Assembly (NCBI GenBank): GCA_964016885.1
Contig: OZ024740.1
Location: 8,742,001-8,806,000, forward strand
DNA from: Eledone cirrhosa
Taxonomy: Eukaryota
Direction: 5' to 3'
Length of the DNA stretch: 64,000 bases
In this document: positions 1 to 14,100 of the stretch, one piece after another
Position numbering within the stretch: position 1 is the first letter of the stretch
Layout of the letters: every line of letters starts with the position of its first letter
Translations under genes and position numbers: made by a program
The notes under the pieces: model-generated
The model's database searches: none
What the model saw: the letters and a program-made list of their open reading frames with translations, nothing else
Told to the model about the DNA's origin: nothing

Positions 1-3000
1 GTCCTCAATTCGTATGTCAGTTTTTGTTGGTATGTCAATTGCAATTGGTATGTCAGTTTCTATTGGTATATCAGTTTCGATTGGTTTGTCAGTTCCTATT
101 GGTATGTCAGTTTTGACTAGTATATCAGTCTCTATTGGCATGTCAGTTTCGATTGGTATGTCTATTTCGATTGGCATAGTAGTTTCTATTGGTATATCTG
201 TTTCCATTGGTATAACAGTTTCGATTGGTATGTTAGTTTCTATTGGTATGTCAGTTTCGTTTAGTATATCAGTTTCTATTGGTATGTCAGTTTCGATTGG
301 TATCTCAGTTTCGATTGGTATGTCAGTTTCTATTAGTATATCAGTTTCGTCTAGCATGTCAGTTTCTATTGGTATATCGGTTTCCATTGGTATATCAGTT
401 TCGATTGGTATGTCAGTTTCTATTGGTATATCAGATTCTATTGGTATGTCAGTTTTGATTGGTATGTCAGTTTCTATTGGTATACCAGTTTCGATTGGTA
501 TATCAGTTTCTATTGGTATATCAGTTCCGATTGGTATATCAGTTTCGATTGGTATGTCAGTTTCTATGATTATATCAGTTTCTATTGGTATGTCAATTAC
601 GATTGATATATCAGTTACGATTAGTATATCAGTTTCTATTGGTATGTCAGTTTCAATTGGTATGTCAGTTTCTATTGGTATATCAGTTTCGATTGGTATA
701 TCAGTTTCTATTAGTATATCGGTTTCTGTTGGTATATCATTTTCGATTGGTATGTTAGTTTCTAATGGTATTTAATTTATATTTGTATGTCAGTTTCGAT
801 TGGTATGTCAGTTTATATTGGTATATCAGTTTTGATTGGTATGTTAGTTTCTATTGGTATGTCAGATTCGATTAGTATATCAGTTTCTATTGGTATATCA
901 GTTTCGATTGGTATGTTAGTCCTTGATTTGTATATCAGTTTCTATTTGTATATCAATTTCGATTGGTATGTCAGTTTCTGTTGGTATGTCAATTTCGATT
1001 GGTATGTCAGTTTCTATTGGTATATCAGTTTCGATTGGTTTGTCAGTTCCTGTTCGTATGTCAGTTTTGACTACTATATCAGTCTCTATTGGTATGTCAG
1101 TTTCGATTGGTATGTCTATTTCGATTGGTATATCAGTTTCTATTTGTATGTCAGTCTCGATTCGTATGTCAGTTTTGATTGGTATGTCAGTTTGGATTGG
1201 TATGTCAATTTCTATTGGTATATCGGTTTCCATTGGTATATCAATTTCGATTGGTATGTCAGTTTCTATGGGTATATCAGTTTCTATTGGTATGTCAGTT
1301 TCGATTGGTATGTCAGTTTCTATTGGTATATCAATTTCGATTGACATATCAGTTTCGATTAGCATGTCAGTTTCGATTAGTATATCAGTTTCTATTTGTA
1401 TGTCAATTTCCGATTGGTATGTCAGTTTCTATTGATATATCAGTTTCGATTGGTATGTCAGTTTCGATTAGTAAATCAGTTTCTATTTGTATGTCAGTTT
1501 CGATTGGTATATCAGTTTCGATTGGTATATCAGTTTCGATTGGTATGTGAATTTCGATTGGTATGTCAGTTTCGATTGGTATGTCAGTTTCGATTGGTAT
1601 GTCAGTTTCTATTGGTATATCAGTTTCGATTCATATATCGGTTTCGATTACTATATCAGTTTCTATTGATGTGTCAGTTTCGATTAGTATATCAGCTTCT
1701 ATTTGTATGTCAGTTTCGATTGGTATGTCAGTTTCTATTGGTATATCAGTTTCAATTGGTATATCAGTTTCCATTGGTATATCAGTTTCGATTCGTATGT
1801 CAGTTTCTATTATTATGTCAGTTTGTATTGGTATATCAGTTTCAAGTGGTATATCAGTTTCTATTGGTATGTCAGTTTTATTGGTATGTCAGTTTCGATT
1901 GGTATATCAGTTTCGATTGGTATGTCAGTTTCTATTGGTATGTCAGTTTTGACTAGTATATCAGTCTCTATGTGTATGTCAGTTTCGATTGGTATGTCAG
2001 TTTCTATTGGTATATCAGTTTATATTTGTATGTCAGTTTCGATTGGTATGTCAGTTTCGATTGGTATCTCAGTTTTGATTGGTATGTTAGTTTCTATTGA
2101 TATGGCAGTTTCGATTAGTATATCAGTTTCTATTGGTATATCAGTTTCGATTGGTATGTTAGTCCTCGATTTGTATGTCAATTTCTATTGGTATATCAAT
2201 CTCGATAGGTATGTCAGTTTCTGTTGGTATGTCAATTTCGATTGGTATGTCAGTTTCTATTGGTATATTAGTTTCGATTGGTATGTCAATTTCTATTGGT
2301 GTGTAAGTTTCGATTAGTATATCAGTTTCTATTTGTATGTCAATTGTCGATTCATATGTCAGTTTCTCTTGGTATATCAGTTTCTATTGATATATCAGTT
2401 TCGATTGGTATGTCAGTTTCGATTAGTAAATCAGTTTCTATTTGTATGTCAGTTTCTATTGGTATATCAGTTTCGATTGGTATATCAGTTTCGATTGGTA
2501 TGTCAATTTCGATTGGTATGTCAGTTTAGATTTGTATATCAGTTTCGAGTGGTATGTCAGTTTCGATTGGTATGTCAGTTTCGATTGGTATGTCAGTTTA
2601 TATTGGTATATCAGTTTCGATTCATATATCGGTTTAGATTAGTATATCAGTTTCTATTGATGTGTCAGTTTCGATTAGTATATCAACATCTATTTGTATG
2701 TCAGTTTCGATTGGTATGTCAGTTTCTATTGGTATATCAGTTTCAATTGGTATATCAGTTTCGATTGGTATATCAGTTTCGATTCGTATGTCAGTTTCTA
2801 TTATTATGTCAGTTTGTATTGGTATATCAGTTTCAATTCGTATATCATTTTCTATTGGTATGTCAGTTTTATTGGTATGTCAGTTTCGATTGGTATATCA
2901 GTTTCGATTGGTATGTCAGTTTCTATTGGTATGTCAGTTTTGACTAGTATATCAGTCTCTATGTGTATGTCAGTTTCGAATGGTATGTCAGTTTCTATTG

Positions 3001-6000
3001 GTAAATCAGTTTATATTTGTATGTCAGTTTCGATTGGTATGTCAGTTACGATTGGTATCTCAGTTTTGATTGGTATGTTAGTTTCTATTGGTATGGCAGT
3101 TTCGATTAGTATATCAGTTTCTATTGGTATATCAATTTCGATTGGTATGTCAGTTTCTGTTGGTATATTAGTTTCGATTGGTATGTCAATTTCTATTGGT
3201 GTGTAAGTTTCGATTAGTACATCAGTTTCTATTTGTATGTCAATTGTCGATTGATATGTCAGTTTCTCTTGGTATATCAGTTTCTATTGATATATCAGTA
3301 TCGATTGGTATGTCAGTTTCGATTAGTAAATCAGTTTCTATTTGTATGTCAGTTTCTATTGGTATATTAGTTTCGATTGGTATGTCAATTTCTATTGGTG
3401 TGTAAGTTTCGATTAGTACGTCAGTTTCTATTTGTATGTCAATTGTCGATTGATATGTCAGTTTCTCTTGGTATATCAGTTTCTATTGATATATCAGTAT
3501 CGATTGGTATGTCAGTTTCGATTAGTAAATCAGTTTCTATTTGTATGTCAGTTTCTATTGGTATATCAGTTTCGATTGGTATATCAGTTTCGATTGGTAT
3601 GTCAATTTCGATTGGTATGTCAGTTTAGATTTGTATATCAGTTTCGATTGGTATGTCAGTTTCGATCGGTATGTCAGTTTCTATTGGTATGTCAGTTTAT
3701 ATTGGTATATCAGTTTCGATTCATATATCGGTTTAGATTAGTATATCAGTTTCTATTGATGTGTTAGTTTCGATTAGTATATCAGCATCTATTTGTATGT
3801 CAGTTTCGATTGGTATGTCAGTTTCTATTGGTATATCAGTTTCAATTGGTATGTCAGTTTCTATTGGTATGTCAGTTTTGACTAGTATATCAGTCTCTAT
3901 TGGTATGTCAGTTTCTATTGGTGTGTCTATTTCGATTGGTATATCAGTTTCTATTTGTATGGCAGTCTCGATTGGTATATCAGTTTTGATTGGTATATCA
4001 GTTTCTATTGGTATATCAGTTCCGATTGGTATATCAGTTTCGATTGGTATATCAGTTTCTATTGGTATATCAGTTTCGATTGATATATCAGTTTCGATTA
4101 GTATGTTAGTTTCTATTGGTATGTCAGTTTCGATTGGTATGTCAGTTTCTATTGGTATATCAGTTTCGATTGGTTTGTCAGTTTCTGTTGTTATGTCAGT
4201 TTTGACTAGTATATCAGACTCTATTGGTATGTCAGTTTCGATTGGTATGTCTATTTCGATTGGCATATCAGTTTCGAATGGTATGTCAGTTTTGATTGGT
4301 ATGTCAGTTTGGATTGGTATGTCAGTTTCTATTGGTATATCGGTTTCCATTGGTATATCAATTTCGATTGGTATGTCAGTTTCTATGGGTATATCAATTT
4401 CGATTGATATATCAGTTTCGATTAGCATGTCAGTTTCGATTAGTATATCAGTTTCTATTTGTATGTCAATTTCCGATTGGTATGTCAGTTTCTATTGTTA
4501 TATCAGTTTCTATTGGTATATCAGTTTCGATTGGTATGTCAGTTTCGATTAGTAAATCAGTTTCTATTTGTATGTCAGTTTCTATTGGTATATCAGTTTC
4601 GATTGGTATATCAGTTTCGATTGGTATGTCAGTTTTGGTTGGTATGTCAGTTTCGATTGGTATGTGAGTTTCGATTTGTATATCAGTTTCTATTGGTATG
4701 TCAGTTTCGGTTGGTATGTCAGTTTCGATTGGTATGTTAGTTTCTATTTGTATATCAGTTCCGATTGATATATCAGTTTCGATTAGTATGTGAGTTTCTA
4801 TTGATGTGTCAGTATTGATTAGTATATCAGCTTCTATTTGTATGTCAGTTTCGATTGGTATGTCAGTTTCTATTGGTATACAGTCTCGACTGGTATATCA
4901 GTTTCGATTGGTATATCAGTTTCGATTGGTATGTCACCTTTCTATTATTATGTCAGTTTCTATTGGTATATCAGTTTCAATTGGTATCTCAGTTTCTATT
5001 GGTATGTCAGTTTTATTGGTATGTCAATTTCGATTAGTATGTCAGTTTCTATTGGTATATCAGTTTCGATTGGTATATCAGTTTCGATTGGTATGTTAGT
5101 TTCTATTGGTATGTCAGTTTCGATTAGTATATCAGTTTCTATTGGTATGTCAGTTTCTATTGGTATGTCAGTTTCGATTGGTATGTCAGTTACTATTCGT
5201 ATATCAGTTTCGATTGGTATGTCAGTTTTAATTGTCATGTCAGTTTCGATTGGTATGTCAGTTTCGATTGGTATGTCAGTTTCGATTGGTATATCGGTTT
5301 TGACTAGCATGTCACCTTCTATTGGTATATCGGTTTCCATTGGTATATCAGTTTCGATTGGTATATCAATTTCTATTGTTATATTAGTTTCTATTGGTAT
5401 GTCAGTTTTGATTGGTATGTCAGTTTCTATTGGTATATCAGCTCCGATTGGTATATCAGTTTCGATTGGTATGTCAGTTTCTATTATTATATCAGTTTCT
5501 ATTGGTATGTCAATTTCGATTGACATATCAGTTTCGATTAGTATGTCAGTTTCTATTGATATGTCAGTTACGATTAGTATATCAGTTTCTATTGGTATGT
5601 CAGTTTCGATCGGTATGTCAGTTTCTATTGGTATATCAGTTTCGATTGGTATATCAATTTCTATTGGTATGTCAATTTCTATTGGTATATGAGTTTCAAT
5701 TGGTATATCAGTTTTAATTGGTATATCAGTTTCGATTGGTATGTCAGTTTCGATTAGTATATCAGTTTCTATTGGTATGTCAGTTTTGATTGGTATGTCA
5801 GTTTCTATTGGTATATCAGTTTCGATTGGTATATCAGTTTCTATTGGTATATCAGTTCCGATTGGTATATCAGTTTCGATTGGTATGTCAGTTTCTATGA
5901 TTATATCAGTTTCTATTGGTATGTCAATTTCGATAGATATATCAGTTACGATTAGTATATCAGTTTCTATTGGTATGTCAGTTTCGATTGGTATGTCAGT

Positions 6001-6551
6001 TTCTATTGGAATATCAATTTCGATTGGTATATCAGTTTCTATTAGTATATCAGTTTCTGTTGGTATATCATTTTCGATTGGTATGTTAGTTTCTAATGGT
6101 ATTTAATTTATATTTGTATGTCAGTTTCGATTGGTATGTCAGTTTATATTGGTATATCAGTTTTGATATGTATGTTAGTTTCTATTGGTATGTCAGTTTC
6201 GATTAGTATATCAGTTTCTATTGGTATATCAGTTTCGATTTGTATGTTAGTCCTTGATTTGTATGTCAGTTTCTATTGGTATATCAATTTCGATTGGTAT
6301 GTCAGTTTCTGTTGGTATGTCAATTTCGATTGGTATGTTCAGTTTCTATTGTTATATCAGTTTCGATTGGTTTGTCAGTTTTGACTAGTATATATGTCTC
6401 TATTGGTATGTCAGTTTTGACTAGTATATATGTCTCTATTGGTTTGTCAGTTTCGATTGGTCTGTCCGTTTCAATTGGCATAGTAGTTTCGATTCTTATG
6501 TCAGTTTCTAATGGTATATCTGTTTACATTGGTATAACAGTTTCGATTGGT
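1..6551. repeat. 18-bp satellite array, segment 1 (consensus ATTGGTATRTCAGTTTCK)
   Basis: Direct tandem repeats of attggtatgtcagtttcg / attggtatatcagtttct read throughout. The ORF track gives 6-aa periodic peptides (SIGMSV, FRLVCQ, FDWYVS; minus strand IETDIP). Confidence 0.98.
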
Positions 6552-6875
6552 ATCATCATCATCATCATCATCATCAACGTTCAACGTCCGTGTTGCACGC
6601 TTGCATGGGTTTGGACGGGGGTATTCCCACTTGAGGCAAGATTGATTGTCTTGCTCGCATAGGACTGTCTGGCAGGTTTTCTACAGTTGGATGCCCTTCC
6701 TAACACCAACCACATTTACAGTGTGGGATTGGGAGGTTTTTACCGTGTTGACTACACGGCCACATTACAGCGTGGGCTGTGTGTTTTTTTGTCGTGACAC
6801 CTACACGATCTCATTTGTTTCGGCCTGGATGGTGTGGCACCAACACAACTTTACATAGAAGGGGGCGGTGTGAAT

Positions 6876-6899
6876 GGGGTGGGGGTAGTGGGGCGGGGG
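6876..6899 (+). other. G-quadruplex-compatible tract in the LINE 3'UTR (antisense to the element)
   Basis: GGGG-t-GGGGG-tagt-GGGG-c-GGGGG fits the G3+N1-7 pattern. The same tract is in copy B (about 10459-10482), and a related C-rich tract is at about 45495-45543. Confidence 0.6.
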
Positions 6900-6948
6900 T
6901 GTATTTTGTTAGAGATGCCTACTGACTGTAGTAGGTTTTACTATGTAT

Positions 6949-7602
6949 TTAGGTAAGGCGGGTCTTCTCTATTACTGAGTACCGCGAAAGGTCTTGGTCC
7001 AGTGACATTGTCTTGGAGAGGTGTAAGTGTGTGAGGTCGGAGTTTATCAGCTCGTCCCAGGTTTTTCTAGGTCTGCCTATTCCGTGGCTACCGTCTATCT
7101 TTATTGCCCTGCACTTTGTTATACAGCTATCGACTTTCATGCGCATCACGTGTCCATACCAACGTAGCCTTCTCTCGAGTAAACAACATCTGATCCCTCT
7201 TATTTGTAATTTTTTCCTTAGTTCCTTTATGCTTTGCCATTCACGTATATTACTATTACACATCCAGCGGAGCATGCAAGCTTCGTTCCTCTCTAGTCTG
7301 CGTATATCCTCTGCACACAATGCCCAGGTCTCACTGCCATGCAACATTGCTGTTCGTATGCAGGCATCATACAACCTGCCTTTCATTTTTAGGGAGAACA
7401 CTTTAGCAGCTAATAGTGGTATAAGCTCTCTGAACTTTTTCCATCCAGTTCTGACTCTAGCTCCTGTACATTCTGAGCACCCTCCCCCACTGCTGATTTT
7501 GTCACCCAGGTAACGGAAGCTGTCCACTATTTCTATAGAGCCTTCTGCGCAGTTATAAGAGCTAGTGTTTTTGTGGGCACTTGCTGCTACTTATTGCACC
7601 AG
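6949..7602 (-). pseudogene. RTE ORF2 C-terminal fragment (end of RT, thumb and C-terminal region)
   Basis: ORF 6949-7527 is nearly identical to the C-terminal part of ORF 44081-45487. It lacks the catalytic YADD region because of 5' truncation. Confidence 0.9.
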
Positions 7603-10137
7603 TATGTTAGTTTCGATTGGTATGTCAGTTTCGATTGGTATGTCAGTTTCGATTGGTATGTCAGTTTCGATTAGTATATCAGTTTCTAATGGTATGTGAG
7701 TTTCTATTAGTATATCAGTTTCGATTGGTATGTCAGTTTCGATTGTTATGTCAAATTCGATTGGTATGTCAGTTTCAATTGGTATATCAGTTTCGATTTG
7801 TATGTCAGTTTCGATTGGTATATCAGTTTCTATTGGTATGTCAGTTTTGATTAGTATATCAGTTTCTATTGGTATATCAGTTTTGATTGGTATGTTAGTC
7901 CTCGATTTGTATGTCAGTTTCTATTGGTATATCAATTTCGATTGGTTTGTCAGATTCTGTTGGTATGTGATTAGTATATCAGTTTCTATTGGTATGTCAG
8001 TTTCGATTGGTATGTCTGTTTCGATTCGTATATCAGTTTCAAATGGTATATCAGTCTCGATTGGTATATCCGTTTCGTTTGGTATGTCAGTTTCGATTAG
8101 TATATCAGTTTCTGTTGGTATATCCGTTTCGATTGGTACGTCAGTTTCGATTAGTATATCAGTTTCTGTTGGTATATCAGTTTCGATTCGTATGTCAGTT
8201 TCTATTATTATATCAGTTTCTGTTGGTATATCATTTTCGATTGGTATGTTAGTTTCTAATGGTATGTCAGTTTATATTTGTATGTCAATTTCGATTGGTA
8301 TATCAGTTTCTATTGGTATGTCAGTTTCGATTAGTATATCAGTTTCTATTGGTATATCAGTTTCGATTGGTAAGTTAGTCCTCGATTAGTATATCAGTTT
8401 CTATTGGTATATCAATCGATTGGTATGTCAGTTTCTGTTGGTATGTCAATTTCGATTGGTATGTCAGTTTCTATTGGTATATCAGTTTCGATTGGTATGT
8501 CAGTTTCGATTGGTATGTCAGTTTCGATTGGTATATCAGTTTCTATTGGTATATCAGTTTCGATTCATATATCGGTTTCGATTACTATATCATTTTCTAT
8601 TGATGTGTCAGTTTCGATTAGTATATCAGCTTCTATTTGTATGTCAGTTTCGATTGGTATGTCAGTTTCTATTGGTATATGAGTTTCTATTGGTATATCA
8701 GTTTCGATTGGTATGTTAGTCCTCAATTCGTATGTCAGTTTCTGTTGGTATGTCAATTGCAATTGGTATGTCAGTTTCTACTGGTATATCAGTTTCGATT
8801 GGTTTGTCAGTTCCTATTGGTATGTCAGTCTTGACTAGTATATCAGTCTCTATTGGTATGTCAGTTTCGATTCGTATGTCTATTTCGATTGGTATATCAG
8901 TTTCTATTTGTATGTCAGTCTCGATTGGTATGTCCGTTTCGATTGGCATAGTAGTTTCGATTCTTATGTCAGTTTCTATTGGTATATCAGTTTCGATTGG
9001 TATGTCAATTTCTATTGGTGTGTGAGTTTCGATTAGTTTATCAGTTTCTATTTGTATGTCAATTTTCGATTGATTTGTCAGTTTCTCTTGGTATATCAGT
9101 TTCTATTGATATATCAGTTTCGATTGGAATGTCAGTTTCGATTAGTAAATCAGTTTCTATTTGTATGTCAGTTTCCGTTGGTATAACAGTTTCGATTGGT
9201 ATGTTAGTTTCTATTGGTATGTCAGTTTCGATTATTATATCAGTTTCTATTGGTATGTCAGTTTCGATTGGTATGTCAGTTTCGATTGACATGTCAGTTT
9301 CTATTGGTATATCAGTTTCGTCTGGCAGGTCAGTTTCTATTGGTATATCGGTTTCCATTGGGATATCTGTTTCGATTGGTATGTCAGTTTCTATTAGTAT
9401 ATCAGTTTCTATTGGTATGTCAGTTTTGATTGGTATGTCAGTTTCTATTGGTATATCAGTTTCGATTGGTATATCAGTTTCTATTGGTATATCAGTTCCG
9501 ATTGGTATATCAGTTTCGATTGGTATGTCAGTTTCTATGATTATATCAGTTTCTATTGGTATGTCAATTTCGATAGATATATCAGTTACGATTATTATAT
9601 CAGTTTCTATTGGTATGTCAATTTCGATAGATATATCAGTTTCTATTAGTATATCAGTTTCTGTTGGTATATCATTTTCGATTGGTATGTTAGTTTATAA
9701 TGGTATTTAATTTATATTTGTATGTCAGTTTCGATTGGTATGTCAGTTTATATTGGTATATCAGTTTTGATTGGTATGTTAGTTTCTATTGGTATGTCAG
9801 TTTCGATTAGTATATCAGTTTCTATTGGTATATCAGTTTCGATTTGTATGTTAGTCCTTGATTTGTATGTCAGTTTCTATTGGTATATCAATTTCGATTG
9901 GTGTGTCAGTTTCTGTTGGTATGTCAATTTTGATTGGTATGTTCAGTTTCTATTGGTATATCAGTTTCGATTGGTTTGTCAGTTCCTATTGGTATGTCAG
10001 TTTTGACTAGTATATCAGTCTCTATTGGTCTGTCAGTTTCGATTGGTCTGTCCGTTTCAATTGGCATAGTAGTTTCGATTCTTATGTCAGTTTCTATTGG
10101 TATATCTGTTTACATTGGTATAACAGTTTCGATTGGT
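7603..10137. repeat. 18-bp satellite array, segment 2
   Basis: Same monomer and orientation as segment 1. Confidence 0.98.
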
Positions 10138-11185
10138 ATCATCATCATCATCATCATCAACGTTTAACGTCCGTGTTGCACGCTTGCATGGGTTTGGACG
10201 GGGGTATTCCCACTTGAGGCAAGATTGATTGTCTTGCTCGCATAGGACTGTCTGGCAGGTTTTCTACAGTTGGATGCCCTTCCTAACACCAACCACATTT
10301 ACAGTGTGGGTCTGGGAGGTTTTTACCGTGTTGACTACACGGCCACATTACAGCGTGGACTGTGTGTTTTTTTGTCGTGACACCTACACGATCTCATTTG
10401 TTTCGGCCTGGATGGTGTGGCACCAACACAACTTTACATAGAAGGGGGCGGTGTGAATGGGGTGGGGGTAGTGGGGCGGGGGTGTATTTTGTTAGAGATG
10501 GCTACTGACTGTAGTAGGTTTTACTATGTATTTAGGTAAGGCTGGTCTTTTCTATTACTGAGTACCGCGAAAGGTCTCGGTCCTGTGACATTGTCTTGGA
10601 GAGGTGTAAGTGTGTGACGTCGGAGTTTATCAGCTCGTCCCAGGTTTTTTTAGGTCTGCCTATTCCGTGGCTACCGTCTATCTTTATTGCCCTGCACTTT
10701 GTTATACAGCTATCGACTTTCATGCGCATCACGTGTCCATACCAACGTAGCCTTCTCTCGAGTAAACAACATCTGATCCCTCTTATTTGTAATTTTTTCC
10801 TTAGTTCCTTTATGCTTTGCCATTCACGTATATTACTATTACACATCCAGCGGAGCATGCAAGCTTCGTTCCTCTCTAGTCTGCGTATATCCTCTGCACA
10901 CAATGCCCAGGTCTCACTGCCATGCAACATTGCTGTTCGTATGCAGGCATCATACAACCTGCCTTTCATTTTTAGGGAGAACACTTTAGCAGCTAATAGT
11001 GGTATAAGCTCTCTGAACTTTTTCCATCCAGTTCTGACTCTAGCTACTGTACATTCTGAGCACCCTCCCCCACTGCTGATTTTGTCACCCAGGTAACGGA
11101 AGCTGTCCACTATTTCTATAGAGCTGTCTGCGCAGTTATAAGAGCTAGTGTTTTTGTGGGCACTTGCTGCTACTTATTGCACCAG
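10138..11185 (-). mobile_element. 5'-truncated RTE-clade LINE, copy B (duplicate of copy A; (GAT)7 tail)
   Basis: Colinear with copy A at offset 3583. It has the same 5' truncation point (ttattgcaccag|tatgttag) and the same upstream satellite flank (ggtataacagtttcgattggtat). Confidence 0.95.
10532..11185 (-). pseudogene. RTE ORF2 C-terminal fragment
   Basis: ORF 10532-11110 (192 aa) differs from the copy A peptide at only a few residues. Confidence 0.9.
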
Positions 11186-14100
11186 TATGTTAGTTTCTAT
11201 TGGTATGTCAGTTTCGATTAGTATATCAGTTTCTATGGGTATGTCAGTTTCGATTGGTATGTCAGTTTCAATTGTTATGTCAGTTTCTATTGGTATATCA
11301 GTTCCGATTGGTATGTCAGTTTTGATTGGCATGTCAGTTTCTATTGGTATATCAGTTTCGATTGGTATATCAGTTTCGACTAGCATGTCAGTTTCTATTG
11401 GTATATCTGTTTCCATTGGTATATCAGTTTCGATTGGTATATCAGTTTCGATTGTAGTCAGTTTCTATTGGTATATCAGTTTTGATTGGTATATCAGTTT
11501 CTATTGGTATATCAGTTCCGATTGGTATATCAGTTCCGATTGGTATATCTGTTTCTATTGGTATATCAGTTGCTATTGGTATATCAGTTTCGATTGGTAT
11601 ATCAGTTTCTATTGGTATGTCAGTTTCTATTGGTATATGAGTTTCTATTGGTATATCAGTTTCGATTGGTATGTTAGTCCTCAATTCGTATGTCAGTTTC
11701 TGTTGGTATGTCAATTGCAATTGGTATGTCAGTTTCTATTGGTATATCAGTTTCGATTGGTTTGTCAGTTCCTATTGGTATGTCAGTTTTGACTAGTATA
11801 TCAGTCTCTATTGGTATGTCAGTTTCGATTGGTATGTCTATTTCGATTGGTATATCAGTTTCTATTTGTATGTCAGTCTCGATTGGTATGTCCGTTTCGA
11901 TTGGCATAGTAGTTTCGATTCTTCTGTCAGTTTCTATTGGTATATCTGTTTCCATTGGTATAACAGTTTCGATTGGTATGTTAGTTTCTATTGGTATGTC
12001 AGTTTCGTTTAGTATATCAGTTTCTATTGGTATGTCAGTTTCGATTGGTATGTCAGTTTCGATTGGTATGTCAGTTTCTATTAGTATATCAGTTTCGTCT
12101 AGCATGTCAGTTTCTATTGGTATATCGGTTTCCATTGGTATATCAGTTTCGATTGGTATGTCAGTTTCTATTGGTATATCAGATTCTATTGGTATGTCAG
12201 TTTTGATTGGTATGTCAGTTTCTATTGGTATACCAGTTTCGATTGGTATATCAGTTTCTATTGGTATATCAGTTCCGATTGATATATCAGTTTCGATTGG
12301 TATGTCAGTTTCTATGATTATATCAGTTTCTATTGGTATGTCAATTTCGATTGATATATCAGTTACGATTAGTATATCAGTTTCTATTGGTATGTCAGTT
12401 TCGATTGGTATCTCAGTTTTGATTGGTATGTTAGTTTCTATTGGTATGGCAGTTTTGATTAGTATATCAGTTTCTATTGGTATATTAGTTTCGATTGGTA
12501 TGTCAATTTCTATTGGTGTGTAAGTTTCGATTAGTATATCAGTTTCTATTTGTATGTCAATTGTCGATTGATATGTCAGTTTCTCTTGGTATATCAGTTT
12601 CTATTGATATATCAGTTTTGATTGGTATGTCAGTTTCGATTAGTAAATCAGTTTCTATTTGTATGTCAGTTTCTATTGGTATATCAGTTTCGATTGGTAT
12701 ATCAGTTTCGATTGGTATGTCAATTTCGATTGGTATGTCAGTTTAGATTTGTATATCAGTTTCGAGTGGTATGTCAGTTTCGATTGGTATGTCAGTTTCG
12801 ATTGGTATGTCAGTTTATATTGGTATATCAGTTTCGATTCATATATCGGTTTAGATTAGTATATCAGTTTCTATTGATGTGTCAGTTTCGATTAGTATAT
12901 CAACATCTATTTGTATGTCAGTTTCGATTGGTATGTCAGTTTCTATTGGTATATCAGTTTCAATTGGTATATCAGTTTCGATTGGTATATCAGTTTCGAT
13001 TCGTATGTCAGTTTCTATTATTATGTCAGTTTGTATTGGTATATCAGTTTCAATTCGTATATCATTTTCTATTGGTATGTCAGTTTTATTGGTATGTCAG
13101 TTTCGATTGGTATATCAGTTTCGATTGGTATGTCAGTTTCTATTGGTATGTCAGTTTTGACTAGTATATCAGTCTCTATGTGTATGTCAGTTTCGAATGG
13201 TATGTCAGTTTCTATTGGTAAATCAGTTTATATTTGTATGTCAGTTTCGATTGGTATGTCAGTTTCGATTGGTATCTCAGTTTTAATTCGTATGTTAGTT
13301 TCTATTGGTATGGCAGTTTCGATTAGTATATCAGTTTCTATTGGTATATCAATTTCGATTGGTATGTCAGTTTCTGTTGGTATGTCAATTTGGATTGGTA
13401 TGTCAGTTTCTATTGGTATATTAGTTTCGATTGGTATGTCAATTTCTATTGGTGTGTAAGTTTCGATTAGTACATCAGTTTCTATTTGTATGTCAATTGT
13501 CGATTGATATGTCAGTTTCTCTTGGTATATCAGTATCTATTGATATATCAGTATCGATTGGTATATCAGTTTCGATTAGTAAATCAGTTTCTATTTGTAT
13601 GTCAGTTTCTATTGGTATATCAGTTTCGATTGGTATATCAGTTTCGATTGGTATGTCAATTTCGATTGGTATGTCAGTTTAGATTTGTATATCAGTTTCG
13701 ATTGGTATGTCAGTTTCGATCGGTATGTCAGTTTCTATTGGTATGTCAGTTTATATTAGTATATCAGTTTCGATTCATATATCGGTTTAGATTAGTATAT
13801 CAGTTTCTATTGATGTGTTAGTTTCGATTAGTATATCAGCATCTATTTGTATGTCAGTTTCGATTGGTATGTCAGTTTCTATTGGTATATCAGTTTCAAT
13901 TGGTATGTCAGTTTCTATTGGTATGTCAGTTTTGACTAGTATATCAGTCTCTATTGGTATGTCAGTTTCGATTGGTGTGTCTATTTCGATTGGTATATCA
14001 GTTTCTATTTGTATGGCAGTCTCGATTGGTATATCAGTTGTGATTGGTATATCAGTCTCTATTGGTATATCAGTTCCGATTGGTATATCAGTTTCGATTG

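Larger units (their letters stand above)
6552..7602 (-). mobile_element. 5'-truncated RTE-clade LINE, copy A (RT C-terminal part, 3'UTR, (GAT)8 tail)
   Basis: The reverse complement matches 44823-45846. (ATC)8 lies at 6552-6575. The encoded peptide has FRYLG, LYDACIRTAMLHGSETW, RRLRWYGHVMR and GRPRKTW motifs typical of the RTE ORF2 C-terminus. Confidence 0.95.

Noticed and set aside
6552-6575. (ATC)n microsatellites as independent repeats
   Set aside because: They are the LINE 3' tails.
7590-7602. Truncation of copies A/B falls 2 nt after the last PHD Cys codon (position 44823 in copy C)
   Set aside because: This is a single event, and 5' truncation points are essentially random, so it is treated as coincidence.
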